Below the pieces are notes generated by a model. The model was not told where the DNA came from. It made no database searches and was given only the letters and a program-made list of their open reading frames with translations. A DNA stretch of 64,000 bases, taken from contig OZ234494.1 in the NCBI GenBank assembly GCA_965153455.1, positions 10,726,001-10,790,000 of the forward strand, read 5' to 3'. This document shows positions 1 through 13,829 of this stretch, piece after piece. The position numbers and the translations under genes were made by a program. This DNA comes from Sphagnum compactum. Taxonomy: Eukaryota. Position 1 is the first letter of the stretch, and every line of letters begins with the position of its first letter.

Positions 1-123
1 TATATATTATGTTTTTACATTTTTGTTTTGATAGTTACAATATGCATGGATTCAGGTGTGACCTTTTATTCTCAGATTCTGAAAAGATATTGTGGAACAT
101 TGTTGTGTTTTGATCTACAATAG

Positions 124-3100
124 GAATTTGCAAAATAATTCTCTAGCTGGGGAGCTTCCATATTGGTTGGTTCAACTACCACATCTATCAGTATTGTGAG
201 TATTCTATTATATAGTTTCCACTTCAAAAAGGTTATTTCCATGATATTATGATTTTTTTAATCAACTTAAAAGATTAAACAAGTATTAGTTCATGATTGA
301 ACCTTCAAATAGGACTTTGAAGCTTAGCACTAATTTTTATATACTTATATGTTTTTTTTGCAATTTCATATTAGTCACGTCATGTAATTGCACAAGCCAA
401 AGATATAAGACCATCATGGAATAATTTGAATTATTGTACATTTGGATAAAAAAATCCAACAAAGTTGAAAAACTTCAAACAAGTTGTGACATTGGACTTT
501 CTACAATGTGGAACAGGTTAATACAAAATAACAATTTTAGTGGCCCTATTCCCCCATATTTCATTCCCAACAATGGCACTTGGACTTTCGTGTAAGTAAA
601 AACAAAGATCCAAAAATTTGGCTCCATCTTCGCATAAACATTTTTCATGCTTGTGAAATAATTTCTTTTGAAACTCATGAATTTATATCCATTGTTTTCA
701 TTGTCAAGAAAAAGAATGGTTTTGATTCACCAAATTTGACAATTGTGTGTTTGTGAAAACTTGAAGTTATACTCCAGGAAACCTACTCTTGGACTCACCA
801 ATATCCAATCCCAAATCTACAAATATTGGAATCATAATTGGTCCTATAATAGGTGGCAGCTTAACACTTGTTGTCATCATTTGTGTTATTGTTTATTTTC
901 AACGTAAAAAAAGGCATGGCAAAACCACCAAACTTAGTGAACATTTGCAAATGATGAAATCTACTCATCGAGGTAAGTGAGAAAACACTTTATATTTGGT
1001 AATTGATATTTTGACCTTTTCTAGTCATCACATGTATTTTAAACATTTTAAAAAAACATTTTGAGTGAAAGTGTGGTAAATTGCACAAAATATCATCCCA
1101 AATGGTAGTTTTTCATACTCCCTACAAAGTGTTTATACCAAAAATGTACAAGAACATAATGATATTTGAATGATAAAATCACATTCATGTAGATGAACCT
1201 AACCTTCTAATTCTATGAATGTTTTAAAGTTGGATATGATCACAATGTGCTTTGTTTGCATTAATAATTGTCTGACAAAATAACTTAACATATCACTTGG
1301 TGTTAGTATTATCAAAATTTGATGTTTTGAAAAAAAAACCATTTGTCAACAACTAAGACATCCCAATGTATCCAAAAACTTATAAAATGTGTTTATATAC
1401 TATCACATCAATTTGGGATAATTTGACAAAAAATCGATTCTTAATGAAATCGTCCATTGAAAGGAGTATATCAAAAATTAATATATTGAATTAGACATTT
1501 ATAAAGGAAAATTTCCTACAACCATCCTTGAAGGAATCATGTTGTTGGATTTTTGAAAACCTCAAATCCATGATTACTTGAAATGACTATTATCACTTCA
1601 AAAATGTAATGGGGTAGTTTATTCAAAAAATTGGTGTGTTTTGACATTCACACCAAATTTTCCCAAATTTTGGGAGGCACTAAATCATGATGTCATAAAG
1701 TGATGTACATAAAATTAACTTTGAATTCGTTGAGAAAAATGCATAAGTGCATCTGACAATTTAACATCTTGAAAAATTCAATTTATGAACTTGCTTTAAA
1801 GTTCCACATGTGAACACTCATCTATATAGGTCAATGTAATTTTCCTTGTAAATGAACCACATTTGAAGTATGTCAATGAAAAGATTGTATATAGTTTTGC
1901 ATTAAGTAATGTGAAAAGGTAAAAACATGTATAGGAATTTATTTCACTTCAAATGTGCTGCAATAGAAAATTTTATCAAAATTATAAGAAAAGAAATTTG
2001 GGTGGTTTAGTGTTTGTCAATTGAATGAATGGAAAGTTATTAGTCTATCACTTCATGTTAAACACAACTAAACCATTATGTACATATTTTTGTTGGAATT
2101 AATTTTATGTATGGCTAATGCAATCTATGACATAGGTATTATACAAACATTCAATTGCATGCAAGCAAGATTAATGACTTAATGATCATGTAGGTGCGAA
2201 GCCTTATTCACTTGATGAAGTTGTTGCAACTAACAACTTCAAGACAATAATTGGAAAAGGAGGGTTTGGACCTGTATATTATGGCAAGCTTGAAGATGGA
2301 CAAGACGTGGCAATCAAAGAGCTTGATGTTAAATCAACCCAAGGACCATCTGAATTCTTTAATGAGGTTTGTAAAAGTTCAAGACTTTTTTTTATGTTCG
2401 TAATAAAAACAATTCAACTTGGTTGTGAAAGCAAACCCATTTAACTATAAAAACATATTCCAAATTTTTAATTTTTTTATATTTGTAGTAATTCTTTCCC
2501 TTCATGTTTTAGAATGTGTTATCAAATCATTCCAAAATGTGAACTTTGAATTTTGATTTTAAAATATTATACTAACAACTTAGCAATTTTTTAAAATCTT
2601 GATTTTGGAACTATATTATTCATTATTTGTCAAGAATCACCATCTCAAAATTTCAAATATGCCCAGGAGTATTGAACTTATTTAAGATGGACACATTGAG
2701 TACCCCCTAAATGTTAAAACTGAAAGTAATGCATGGACTAACAAATTATTGATGAGTGATGAAATCATGTGGATCCCACATCCCAAATATTAAAGGACAT
2801 AATACTTAAGTCATGTAGTTGAAAAGAATTTTGAATTATGTAGCCCACTAACTCAATGAATTTCATCATTTAATTATTTGAATGATGTTCAAAATTATGG
2901 AAGGGTTGACATTTCAAACATTCATCTTCAAGAACCTTGATCTATGCAATGTTGATTGAATGTGATTGATGTAGGTTGATGTTTTATCAAGGGTGAGCCA
3001 TCGGAATTTGGTATCTTTAATTGGATATTGCCATGAAGATAATCGAAAAATGTTGATTTATGAATACATGCATAAAGGCTCTTTACGTGATCATTTATAC

Positions 3101-5477
3101 GGTACTATCAATTCCTACTCGAATTTTGATTTTGAACACATGATTGACTCATTATAAGTTCTAATACATGTAACAACCTCCCTAAACATTTGAGAAATCC
3201 TTAAAGTGATCATATCTATGAGTCATCCTTTCACCCCCTACACCTTATGTTAATCTCAAACTCTATTTTTTTTAAGATGAAAGAATTTAATTGAATAAAA
3301 AATGGAACTAAATATCAAAATATTTAATGCACAAGGTTGGAAATAATTATGGAAAGAAGTAAGCCCACTAGTAATGAATGTGCTCAAGAACAAAAAGAAA
3401 GATAAGGTGAAATCAATTTATCACAAAATTAAATATAATTTGAATTTCACCTTGTCTTCATTCCTTGTTTAAATGCAATGATCTTTTTTACTATTTAAAA
3501 AAAAATTAACCCCCTTAATGACCGAATTCAATGTATTAATCCTATGTATTCTTCACTTTACGTATATCTCTATTCGTCACCATGTTTTAATTATGTTGTT
3601 AGTGTCATTTATAATTGCTATTGTGATTAATGAATTTTTTCTGGATGGAAACTTTTTGTCAAAGTTCAATGTAAAAAATATGATTTTGGTTTATACAAAA
3701 TAAATTTCATGAAATGAATCACCCAAAATTGCCAAATTTCAAATTTTATTTTTTCCAAATCATCAATTTTTGTGTGATAAGTTCCAACTACATGTAGCCA
3801 AGAATATAGAATTATCCTTAGATTGTCTTATTTTCATATCCAATTTATAGCCAAATTTAGCTAAATTGACTTATCGATGGTCACCACTTTGGTTACATCA
3901 CAAAATCCAAAAAAAATAAATCATTAATTCTGGTTGCAAATCAAAATCAAATAAAAAATTTCATGTTAATATGATTTTTTAAAATTAAACACAGGTGACA
4001 TAGCAACATTGACAATTGAGCAACTTGATTGGAAAACACGCATGAACATTGCTCTCAATGCAGCACAAGGTAAATGCTTCAACTCCAACATGATTATTGT
4101 TGAGTAACACACCTTTGCAAATTAATGTAATTTTATTTTAATAACTTGTTCTTTTGCATGGCAAATTTAAATTTTGGGCCTATCAAAATGAAACACGAAA
4201 CAATATATCATAAAGGAAAGTTTTTATTGGTAGTTATGTTTTCCTAACATATTTACATGGTAATATTTTTAAGACATTTAAATTTGGAATTTGCAGGCCT
4301 GGAATATCTACATTCAGGGAGCAATCAAAGCATTATTCATCGAGATGTTAAAAGCAGTAACATTTTACTTTCTAGTAATATGGAAATTGCAAAAGTTGCA
4401 GATTTTGGTCTATCAAGATTAATATATGGGGAAGATGATATTACTCATGTTACAACAAATGTCAAGGGAACTGCAGGGTATCTTGATCCAGAGTTCGTAC
4501 TTAACCACATATATTATATGGTCCAATTTATTGTAATGTGTGACATAGATTACAAAATCAATCGTTTGATGATTAAATATATGCACTTTACATGATTTCA
4601 TCTTGTAGAATGTAACTTGATAATTGCAAAATGTCATATTACATACTGCAATTTGCATTAACAATTAGTGTGCATGACTTTCCTCATTGATAGGTATTTT
4701 ACAACACGATGTTTATCACCAAAAAGTGATGTATATGGCTTTGGTGTTGTGCTTTTGGAAATAATATCTGGACGCATGCCTGTAGATCCAACATTGCCAG
4801 AACGCAATGCTTGGAATTTGTGTGAGTGGGTAAGTTATGAATTATAATCCTTTGAAGTTTTTAGAATTTTGATTTTATTTATATACCTTTACAAGTATGA
4901 TTTACAAACTATAATGAGAAAAGATGTATACAATATTAGACTTGTATGTTCTTGCTCTGTTGTTTCACCCAAGATATACTTGTATGTGTGCTACAAAATG
5001 GAATTAGGTGGGTATATCAATTATATACCTTAAATACTTGGTCCATGGAAACATTACACATGATGGTGATATAGACGTAAAATATCAAGTTTTAACCAAG
5101 CAACAATGAATGTCTATTGAACATCCACTTAAAAACCTTTTTGCAAATGATATCAAAAGGTTCAAATAATATGTGTATGTGTTGAATAGGTGCGATCCAA
5201 TCTTCAAGCAGGAAATATTGACAAGATTTTGGACCCTATTGTGAAAGCTTCAAATCCCCAACTTGATGCTTTATGGAAAGTTGCAGAAATTGCCATCCAA
5301 TGTGTGGAACCCAAATCTATTCATAGACCAACAATGACCAAGGTAGTTGAAGAATTACGGGCTGCACTCTTACAAGAAGGCTTGAACCCGACATTATCTG
5401 AATATTCACCAAATGATACATATGGAATTCAAGATCAATCTCGATTTCAAACAGATTCAACATTTGATCCTAGATGA
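124..5477 (+). CDS. LRR receptor-like Ser/Thr kinase (LRR-I-like), 3' portion; 5' exons lie upstream of the window
   Basis: GT-AG exons that join in frame: 124-195 (72-bp LRR exon [24 protein letters not shown]), 517-591 ([12 protein letters not shown]), 767-972 (TM helix [25 protein letters not shown] then QRKKR), 2194-2366 ([16 protein letters not shown]), 2975-3101 ([17 protein letters not shown]), 3995-4069 ([10 protein letters not shown]), 4297-4492 ([26 protein letters not shown]), 4694-4829 ([13 protein letters not shown]), 5190-5477 (RPTM, TGA). Catalytic residues intact (RD kinase). Confidence 0.93.
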
Positions 5478-7774
5478 TCAATAGATATTTGTGGACTATA
5501 AAATTTTAACATCACACCTATTTATATTTTATAAATCTAATGGATGTGGACAAACTTAAAAGGTTAAAGGTGCATCCATTTACGTTATAATGACACTTTC
5601 AATTCAAGTTTTAATGTTCATATATGTAATAATGTTGATTTCTTTTCTGTATCACTATAACAAAGATTTGGATAACAAATTATCTAATGTAGCTATTCAT
5701 AATGCCTTTGATGTTTTAAAAATTATGAAACTCTTTTTAAAAATCAGCCAAAAATGCAATATGTAAAGTTTTGAACTTATTAATCATAAAGTGTTTTATG
5801 AATGATTTCATGTTTTTTATGTGATTCAATTATCTTCATTCATAACAAAGATTTTTTTTCATTAGTGAAGATTGCATGTCATAAACACTTCTTTTGACAA
5901 AAAAAATCATAATTTTATTGAAAGATCCTAAGGTGTTTCTACAATCAATATAAACCAAACCGACCTAACTACCAAGCAAATTGAATCTTGAATCTTTTTA
6001 ACATAAAATCCATTTTGCATTAATCTAAACTTGAATGAATATTGAGATAAAATATATCAATGATCATTACCATACCTTTGGCTAAGGTTTGGTGTTAAAT
6101 AATTCTCAAAAGGGAGATTTGGAAAAAAAAACAAAAAACCTAAAAATTTGAACTGATGACCTTTTAATTTGATTAAAAGAGATTGTCCCTACCATTGATC
6201 TAGCATCTTTTCTTTTGAAAATTATGTGCATTTCTTGCATTAAAAAACTAATTGTCAAAATATTACTTATTTAAGATGGGGCTATTGAACCTTTTTTGTT
6301 GAAATTTTAATTTTTCAATAGTTTGTTCCAAATGTTGATTGAGGATACATTAATAGATTTAGGATAACTTTGAGGTGGATTGGGTGATTATGCCTACTTT
6401 AATTCATTATCAGATCATGCTAGATGTTGACCGTATGAACAAACATAGCTATAATTGTGGGTTCATTGTGTAAATTGATAATTCCCAACTTGTGGAACAA
6501 AAGGTTTCTAGTTTCTTTAAAAATATGGCCATATTATATCTATTATACTATTGAAAATAGTTCTAATTTTGAAGAGTGCATATGAAATTGTGAAAATCTA
6601 AAATTTACAATATATAATCTTGATTTGGCTACCAAATACAATATACTAAATGATAAGCAAATAGAAAATGATAATCATGGAACTCAAATGATGAAATTTA
6701 TAACATTGATTTCAATGGTCACTCTTGATTTTAATAACATGTACAAGTAACTAGTTAGGTTCTTTTGTTGATATTTTTTTCATATTAAACAACTTGAAAA
6801 TTCACACAATAGGAACTTGTGTGTTAATGAGTTGAAAGAATTCCTATGTACTTGAAGTTATTTCATCACTTACAAATCCATTCATTGTTTATTAAATCAT
6901 TATGTTGGACCATTCAAAATTTGATATCCCTCCACTTTTCATTTGATATCATTACATGAATCATTTCATAATTTATCATCCCATTAATCCATTTTCAAAA
7001 GCAGATTCATCTTATTTGCTTATTTGGATTCCATGGAAGTTTTCAAATTAGACTTGTTATACACAAACACACACATATATATCCATCTAATGCGCTAGAT
7101 ATGTTCAACAAAATATCAATGGGTTTTGGTGTCTTTTGATACGAAATTAGTTCGTACCAATATTATTATTTGGTTCTTAAGTTTTTAGGCTCTATTCACA
7201 ATTAAGGTACCCAAAAGGAATGACTTGTATTTGAAGGACTACAAAGGATAACTTTGGATTTTTGTTTATCTTACATTATTATAATTGCATTGGATTATTG
7301 TATGCTAATAAATAAAATGATGTCTTGTTAAATTAATAAAAATAATTTGAATATTATGTAAATATTTTAAGTCTTGTAAACTAACTATATCAAGTGTTTA
7401 AACTACATTTTTTTTAAAGGAATCAACAGAATTGCATAAATTTATACAATTACTTTCAAACTTTTTGTACAACAAAAACATGCCCCCTTTTATGAAAGTA
7501 GTTACATGTTCATTGGATGAACTTGATGAAAAACCAAATTATACAAAAACTTCAAAATCTTGAAATTTCAAAGGAAAAGGCTGCAAAGCAAATGACTATT
7601 TTTTTAACCATTTGATCAAAAAACTATGTTCAATGGTTTCATAATGTCAAGCTTTGGGTGCAAGTCACATGTGCAAGAAATAATCTTGCCAAAAAACATG
7701 TTTGGTTGTCCATTGAAACTCATTTTTGGATTTTTTGCGTTTCTGGCTATAAACCAAAATAGACGCACAATTAT

Positions 7775-10700
7775 CACTAGAAGAAAAACATGTATTTTTG
7801 ACTAGTCTTTGCGACTAAATTTTTGTCACAAGAAACATTTTACAACTAAAATCCCTTTAGTCGCCTAAGACAAGTCGCATGTGATAAACTAGTCGCAAAT
7901 GACAAAAGGTATTGTATGAAAGAAAAAGTCAACAAATACATTTCATCCTTTGACTCCATTGTATACGTATTATCACATGCGACTAAGCTGCAACTATTTT
8001 GGTCACAATTGAGGGCAAATGATGTGCTGCCATGTGTTTTAATATTTGATTATTTAAAATATTCTAATAATTATTATTTTGATATAATCTAGGACGTTCA
8101 ATTCAAATATTTGGATGATATTATATTATGACACGTGGCCCAATGTAAGTTTGCCACGTGGCATAAAATAATTTAATAAAAATCTTAATATTAGGTTGGT
8201 AGGTACCTAGGTAGGTACATAAATAGGTGCCTACAAACCTAAGTTACATACCAACCTACCTACTTAGGTTTAAAAATAGGTAGATAGGTAGGTTTTTTCC
8301 TAGGTTAAATATCTACTCATATAGGTAGGTACTTAGGTAGGTAGGTACATAGGTCAACCTAGGTGGGTAGGTCAAATTAGATACCTACCTAGTTAGGTAG
8401 ATAAGTAGGTTGGGAAGGTAAATATTTTAGAAATGTGCATAATTTGTTTTTTTGTTTTGGGTTGAACTTTTTGATTAGCTCATCCCATGTGCACAAATTT
8501 CTTAATGTGAAATTGGATGACCACACCCCCTTATTTATATAGTGTTCAAAATAGGAATGAAGAACAAACAATATGAGATAAGTTTTGAACTTGCAACTTC
8601 CTCACAAACTAAGTTGTAATTCCAAAACATTTTCCATCCTTTACTTTCTTAGTTTTTAAATTTCTAAACAATTCAAGTACTAGATAACTAGATAATCATT
8701 TAATTAATAATGATTAAATTTACATATATTTAAATTATAAATTATACATTACAAATATTCAATATTTATTATCAATTACTTAAAGAAATAATAACTTCTT
8801 AATATTTAACAAACTAGCTATCTAGCTAGTTACTCACAAATTATTAATACATAACTCATAAATAATTAAAATATTTTAAAATATTTTATTACTTTTTAGA
8901 ATCTGATCAAATTATATATAATATAATTAATGTAGAAATATTTTAAATATTAATTTTAAAAATATAAGTAATGAATTAACAATTGCTATTAGAAAGTAAC
9001 GAATTTTTGAAAAATTATTATTCAACTAATTACATTACTTATTTTATAATTACATTTATTGTTGTAAAAATATTACATGTCAAGTAATTTTTTTTCTTGG
9101 TAATTGTTAACTATAAATACAATAATGTGTTAAACATCAGATTAAATTTCATAATTACTGTAAAATTACTATAAAATATTTATTGTACATGATTAATCAT
9201 AAATGTTTTTTTAAAAACATAATACAATAATTCGTGAACTTAAAATAAATCAAATAATTATTTTAACTACACTGTAATTTTTCCAAGTTTTTAATTCAGG
9301 TTTGAAGTTATAAATTACAGGGTGTGAATTATTATGTTCAATTAGAAAATAATTATGCACATACTAATTAATTCTTATCTGAAGTAATTGCAATGATTTA
9401 AAAAAATGTCACATTAATTACATTAATTAATTTATTCTAATCTAAGAATATAAATTATATAACATACAAATATATATTATAACAATAATTATTTAGTGTA
9501 CTTAGATTTAGTAAACATAATCATTTATATTTATTTATAAAAGTAATTTATTGTGGATAACACTAGTAGAAAAACCCATTAAAACTCAATCAATAATTTT
9601 TTGAATTAAAATATAAATTTAAGATTCCAACGTAATAATTCATAATTCAAATATCAATTTTAAAATCACATAAGTTTTTTGAAGTTAAATAACAAATTTC
9701 AGAATTTCAATTTCAATTTTCAGTATCAAATTATAATATTCAAAATTGAAATGTCCATTTTAAGACTCAATCAACAACTTTCTGAATTGAAATATTAATT
9801 TCGAAAATCCAAAATAATAATTTCGAATTCAAATTTCAACTTTCAAGTCAAATAATTTCTTAAAATTGAAATTTTAAACTTCACAATTAAAATATCAAAT
9901 TTCAAGTCCAAATCAAAATGTCATTTTTTAGACTCAATAAAGTTTTTTGAATTGAAATACTAATTTTTATATTCGAAAATAATAATTTAGAATTCAAATA
10001 TCAAATTTTAGATCAAATAAGTTTTTTGAATTTAAATAACAATTTCCAGAATTGAAATGTCAATTTTCAGATTCAAATAAGAATATTGAAAATTGAAATG
10101 TCCATTTTAAGACTTAATTAACAATTTTCTGAATTGAAATATTAATTTCGAAAATCCAGAATAATAATTTGGAATTCAAAATTCAACTTCCAAGTCAAAA
10201 TAATTTCTTAAAATTGAAATTGTAAATTTCAGAATTCAAATATCAAATTTCATGTCTAAATAAAAATATTTTAATCAAAATGTCAATTTTTAGACTCAAT
10301 AACGTTTTTTGAATTGAAATACTAATTTTTAGATTGGAAAAAATTTATTTAGAATTCAAATATCAATTTTTAGATCACATAAGTTTTTTGAATTTAAATA
10401 ACAATTTCCAGAATTGAAATGTCAATTTTCAAATTTAAATAAAAATTTTCAAAATTGAAATGTCCATTTTGAGACTCAATTAACAATTTTCTGAATTGAA
10501 ATATTAATTTCGAAAATCTAAAATAATAATTTGGAATTCAAAAATTCAACTTTTAAGTCAAAATAATTTCTTAAAATTGAAATTGTAAACTTCAGAATTC
10601 AAATATCGAATTTCATGTCTAAATAAAAATATTTTAATCAAAATGTCAATTTTTAGACTCAATAACGTTTTTTGAATTGAAATATTAATTTTTAGATTCG

Positions 10701-11673
10701 AAAATAATAATTTAGAATTCAAATATCAATTTTTAGATCAAATTTGTTTTTTGAATTTAAATAACAATTTCCAGAATTGAAATGTCAATTTTCATATTCA
10801 AATAACAATATTCAATTTTGAAATGCCCATTTTTAGATTCAATTAATAATTTTTCAGACTTGAAGTATTAATTTTGAGAATCCAAAATAATAATTTGAAA
10901 TTGAAATTTCAGGTTCAAATCAAATAATTATTTTAATTTTAAATTCATAGTTCTTAGAGTCGAAATATAAATTTTCATATTCATATAAAAATATTCAAAA
11001 TTAGAATGTCCATTTTTATAATCAATTAATAATTTTTTGAATTGAAATACTAATTTTTGAATTTAAAAATATTAATTTAAAATTCAAATATCAATTTTTA
11101 GATCAAATAAGCCTTTTTGAATTTAAATTGATAATATCATATTCAAATCAAAAATTTGAAATTCAAATAATGTTTCAAACAATTGAAATTATAATTTTCA
11201 GATTCAAATATGTAGTTTCAAATTCTTATATATATTTTTTTTTAATTAAAATGATAGTTTTCAAAATTGAAATATCAATTTTCAGATGAATAAAAAATTC
11301 AAAGTTCAAATATTAATTTTGAAATTCATTATATGAACAATATACATACGTATGCATATTATATATGTATAATTTTAGTACATACATTAAAATACACCTC
11401 TATGTCATTGTAGAATACCTTTAGGATGCAACTAATATGGTGACTATTGCAACTAATGGGACATATCAACCTATGAATGGATGAAAATAAATGTAAAATT
11501 GATCCAACCAATAGGATGAAATTTCTAATAGTTGCATCATAGTTGTGAGAATGACCAAAATAGTTGAAATATGGTCCTGTAGTTACAAATGTTCCCAAAT
11601 TTAGTCGCAAATGATTACAAGTCGCATGTAGTCGTAAATGGAGTGGTTACATTTTGGCTGATTTCTACTAGTG
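7775..11673. mobile_element. Non-autonomous CACTA (En/Spm) DNA transposon, ~3.9 kb
   Basis: Left end CACTAGAAGAAA at 7775, right end TTTCTACTAGTG ending at 11673 (11/12 inverted match). 3-bp TSD TAT on both sides. Shared subterminal motifs (GCGACTAA/TTAGTCGC, AGTCGCA) at both ends. No transposase ORF. Confidence 0.88.
9580..11330. repeat. AT-rich higher-order tandem repeat (~361-bp unit built from ~20-bp subunits), ~4.5-5 copies, inside the CACTA element
   Basis: The block AAGTTTTTTGAATTTAAATAACAATTTCCAGAATTGAAATGTC (or close variants) recurs near 9672, 10019, 10380, 10742 and 11108. Subunits of type GAATTGAAAT..AATTTT recur every 18-22 bp. Confidence 0.85.
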
Positions 11674-13134
11674 TATGTATGATTGTGAAAATTTACCATT
11701 GTCACATAAATTTATCTTAAATTAAACTATTCAATCCTTTTCACTTAAATTTGTTTCAAGTAAATGTTATTTGCAAAAAGTAGCCCCACAAAAGTCATGG
11801 TGTCCTATGTCTTTTTATGGAACCCCAACCATGAATAAGCATTTTATATATAAGAGATTTGTTGATTCAAATCTATTTTAATTCTAAAACTTAGAACCTA
11901 CAAATTCCAAGGTTGTGTTAAATTTTTAAACTACCAATTCTTGAATCTAAAGGAACCCATTAGTTTAAAGTTCAAAATCACTTTTGAGTTTTAGTGTTTT
12001 ATAACGTGAAGGTGAGAAATTAAAACTTTAAAAATCCATCCAAAGCAATTTTCTTCACCCTAGACTTTGGTAAACTAACACTTTACTTATTTCAAAAAAG
12101 TCTTCACCTTTCTTCATAAGCATAGGACTTCAACTCCAACAATGTTTCATGGTCAAGTATTATGCATAACTAGAATACCTTCATTGTTAATCCTTCACTT
12201 TTGTACCAAAAAAATGGACTCAACAACTTTTAATCCTTTAACACCTTCACAACCATTTGAATATAGATGCAAGAAACTAAAGTTTTATGTATAGAACTTT
12301 GTATAAAACTAGATTGTCCTTTGTAACAAAGAAAGTGCAAACATCTTCATCTTCATTTAACTATGGCAATTTAAAAATATTTTTTTCATTCATACACAAC
12401 ATTATAAGGCCCTAGAGGACCCTACCCCTATTTAATTTATGGCATAGAAAGTATTTTAAAACCTTTAAGACTCATCAAATCTAGTTTTAAAATGATTCTA
12501 GTTCCATGTAAACATGGTGGGTTTAATTTTTAATTGTAGATATAATTGAACACCTAAAAATTGTGTAACACTAGTTTCTTGTTGAAGGCTATAATAGACT
12601 TTAGATTTATGTTTGGACACATTTTATAATAATCGAAAATCTTTTCTTTTACTATAAACACTCTTTTACCAAAAATTGTTGATGTACCAAAAATCCATCT
12701 TTATTGAAATCGTTTATGTTGACAAAAACATAATGCTAGAAGATTATATATTTTTAGAACCATGTTACTTGATTCAAATTATATATTATGTTTCTAAAAA
12801 CACGATATGATTTTTTTGTTATAGATAAATTTCAAATTTTTTTATCTAATTTCAGTGGGGTCATCGTTTGTGACCCTCATCCCTACTTTTGATCTACTTA
12901 AGAACTTGGGGTGCAAATGGGATAACACAAGCCACACCCACCCCTTGGGTGATAACTTATTAGGTGTAGTCATAATCAATCAAAATTGTCATTATGTCAC
13001 ACATCATTTCATTCGACACCACCTTTAGAGATGTTTATTGAACCTTTTCTAATGTCATTCACCATGTAATAATTACATCAATGAGCTACATGGATGGTTT
13101 CGTTATGAAACACAAATGAAGTATCAAGGCCAAA

Positions 13135-13815
13135 ACCTCTCAAAGAAGGGAAATTACCAAATCCAAAGAAAATACAAATAATACTAAACATGCCACCACC
13201 AAAAAATCCACGCAAATTCAAGTATTCAATGGGATGGGATAATTTTACATATCTTTTATCAAAAACTATGCTACTATGGCACCTATCACTAAATTGATCA
13301 GAAAGACATAAACTTTTCTTTGGATAAAAGAATGCTAGAAGGCTTAGGAATTGATTAAACATAAGTATATTGAAGCATCAATATTGATATCACCAAATTG
13401 GCAGGTGGGATTTCATGTTCATATAGATGCATCTTTGTTAGTTGTGGGGGTTATGATATATTATAATGTAACAAGCAATGGTGATCAACCAATAGTGTAT
13501 GTTTCTAGGCTTTTGAACAAAATTAAACAAAATTATAGCACAATAGAGAGAAACTTTAACAATGGTTTTCGCTTTACACAAGTTCAGATATCATTTGCTG
13601 GGCAATAAGTTTGTCTTTTATGTAGATCATATGGCATTGGTTTATTTGGTCAACAAACCATAATTTTTAGGGAGAATAACTAGATGGTTGTTATTGTTCC
13701 TAGAATATGACTTCACGATAATGTATAAGCCCGACATAATTCATGTAATTGCAGATGCATTATCAAGATCACCAGTATTGTAAAACCCACAAGTGTGCCT
13801 AATCAAACCACAAAT
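13135..13815 (+). pseudogene. Decayed Ty3/Gypsy RT-thumb/RNase H fragment (non-chromovirus type)
   Basis: Frameshifted translation with stops: LPNPKKIQIILNMPPP..FIKNYA.MAPITKL..FHVHIDASLLVVG..PIVYVSRLLNK..NYSTIER..FYVDHMALVYL..RITRWLLLFLEYDF..VIADALSR. Confidence 0.85.
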
Positions 13816-13829
13816 TCATCCACTCAAAA

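Noticed and set aside
5900-7060. Possible minus-strand LINE remnant
   Set aside because: Only vague motif resemblance; no convincing RT or endonuclease motif could be read.
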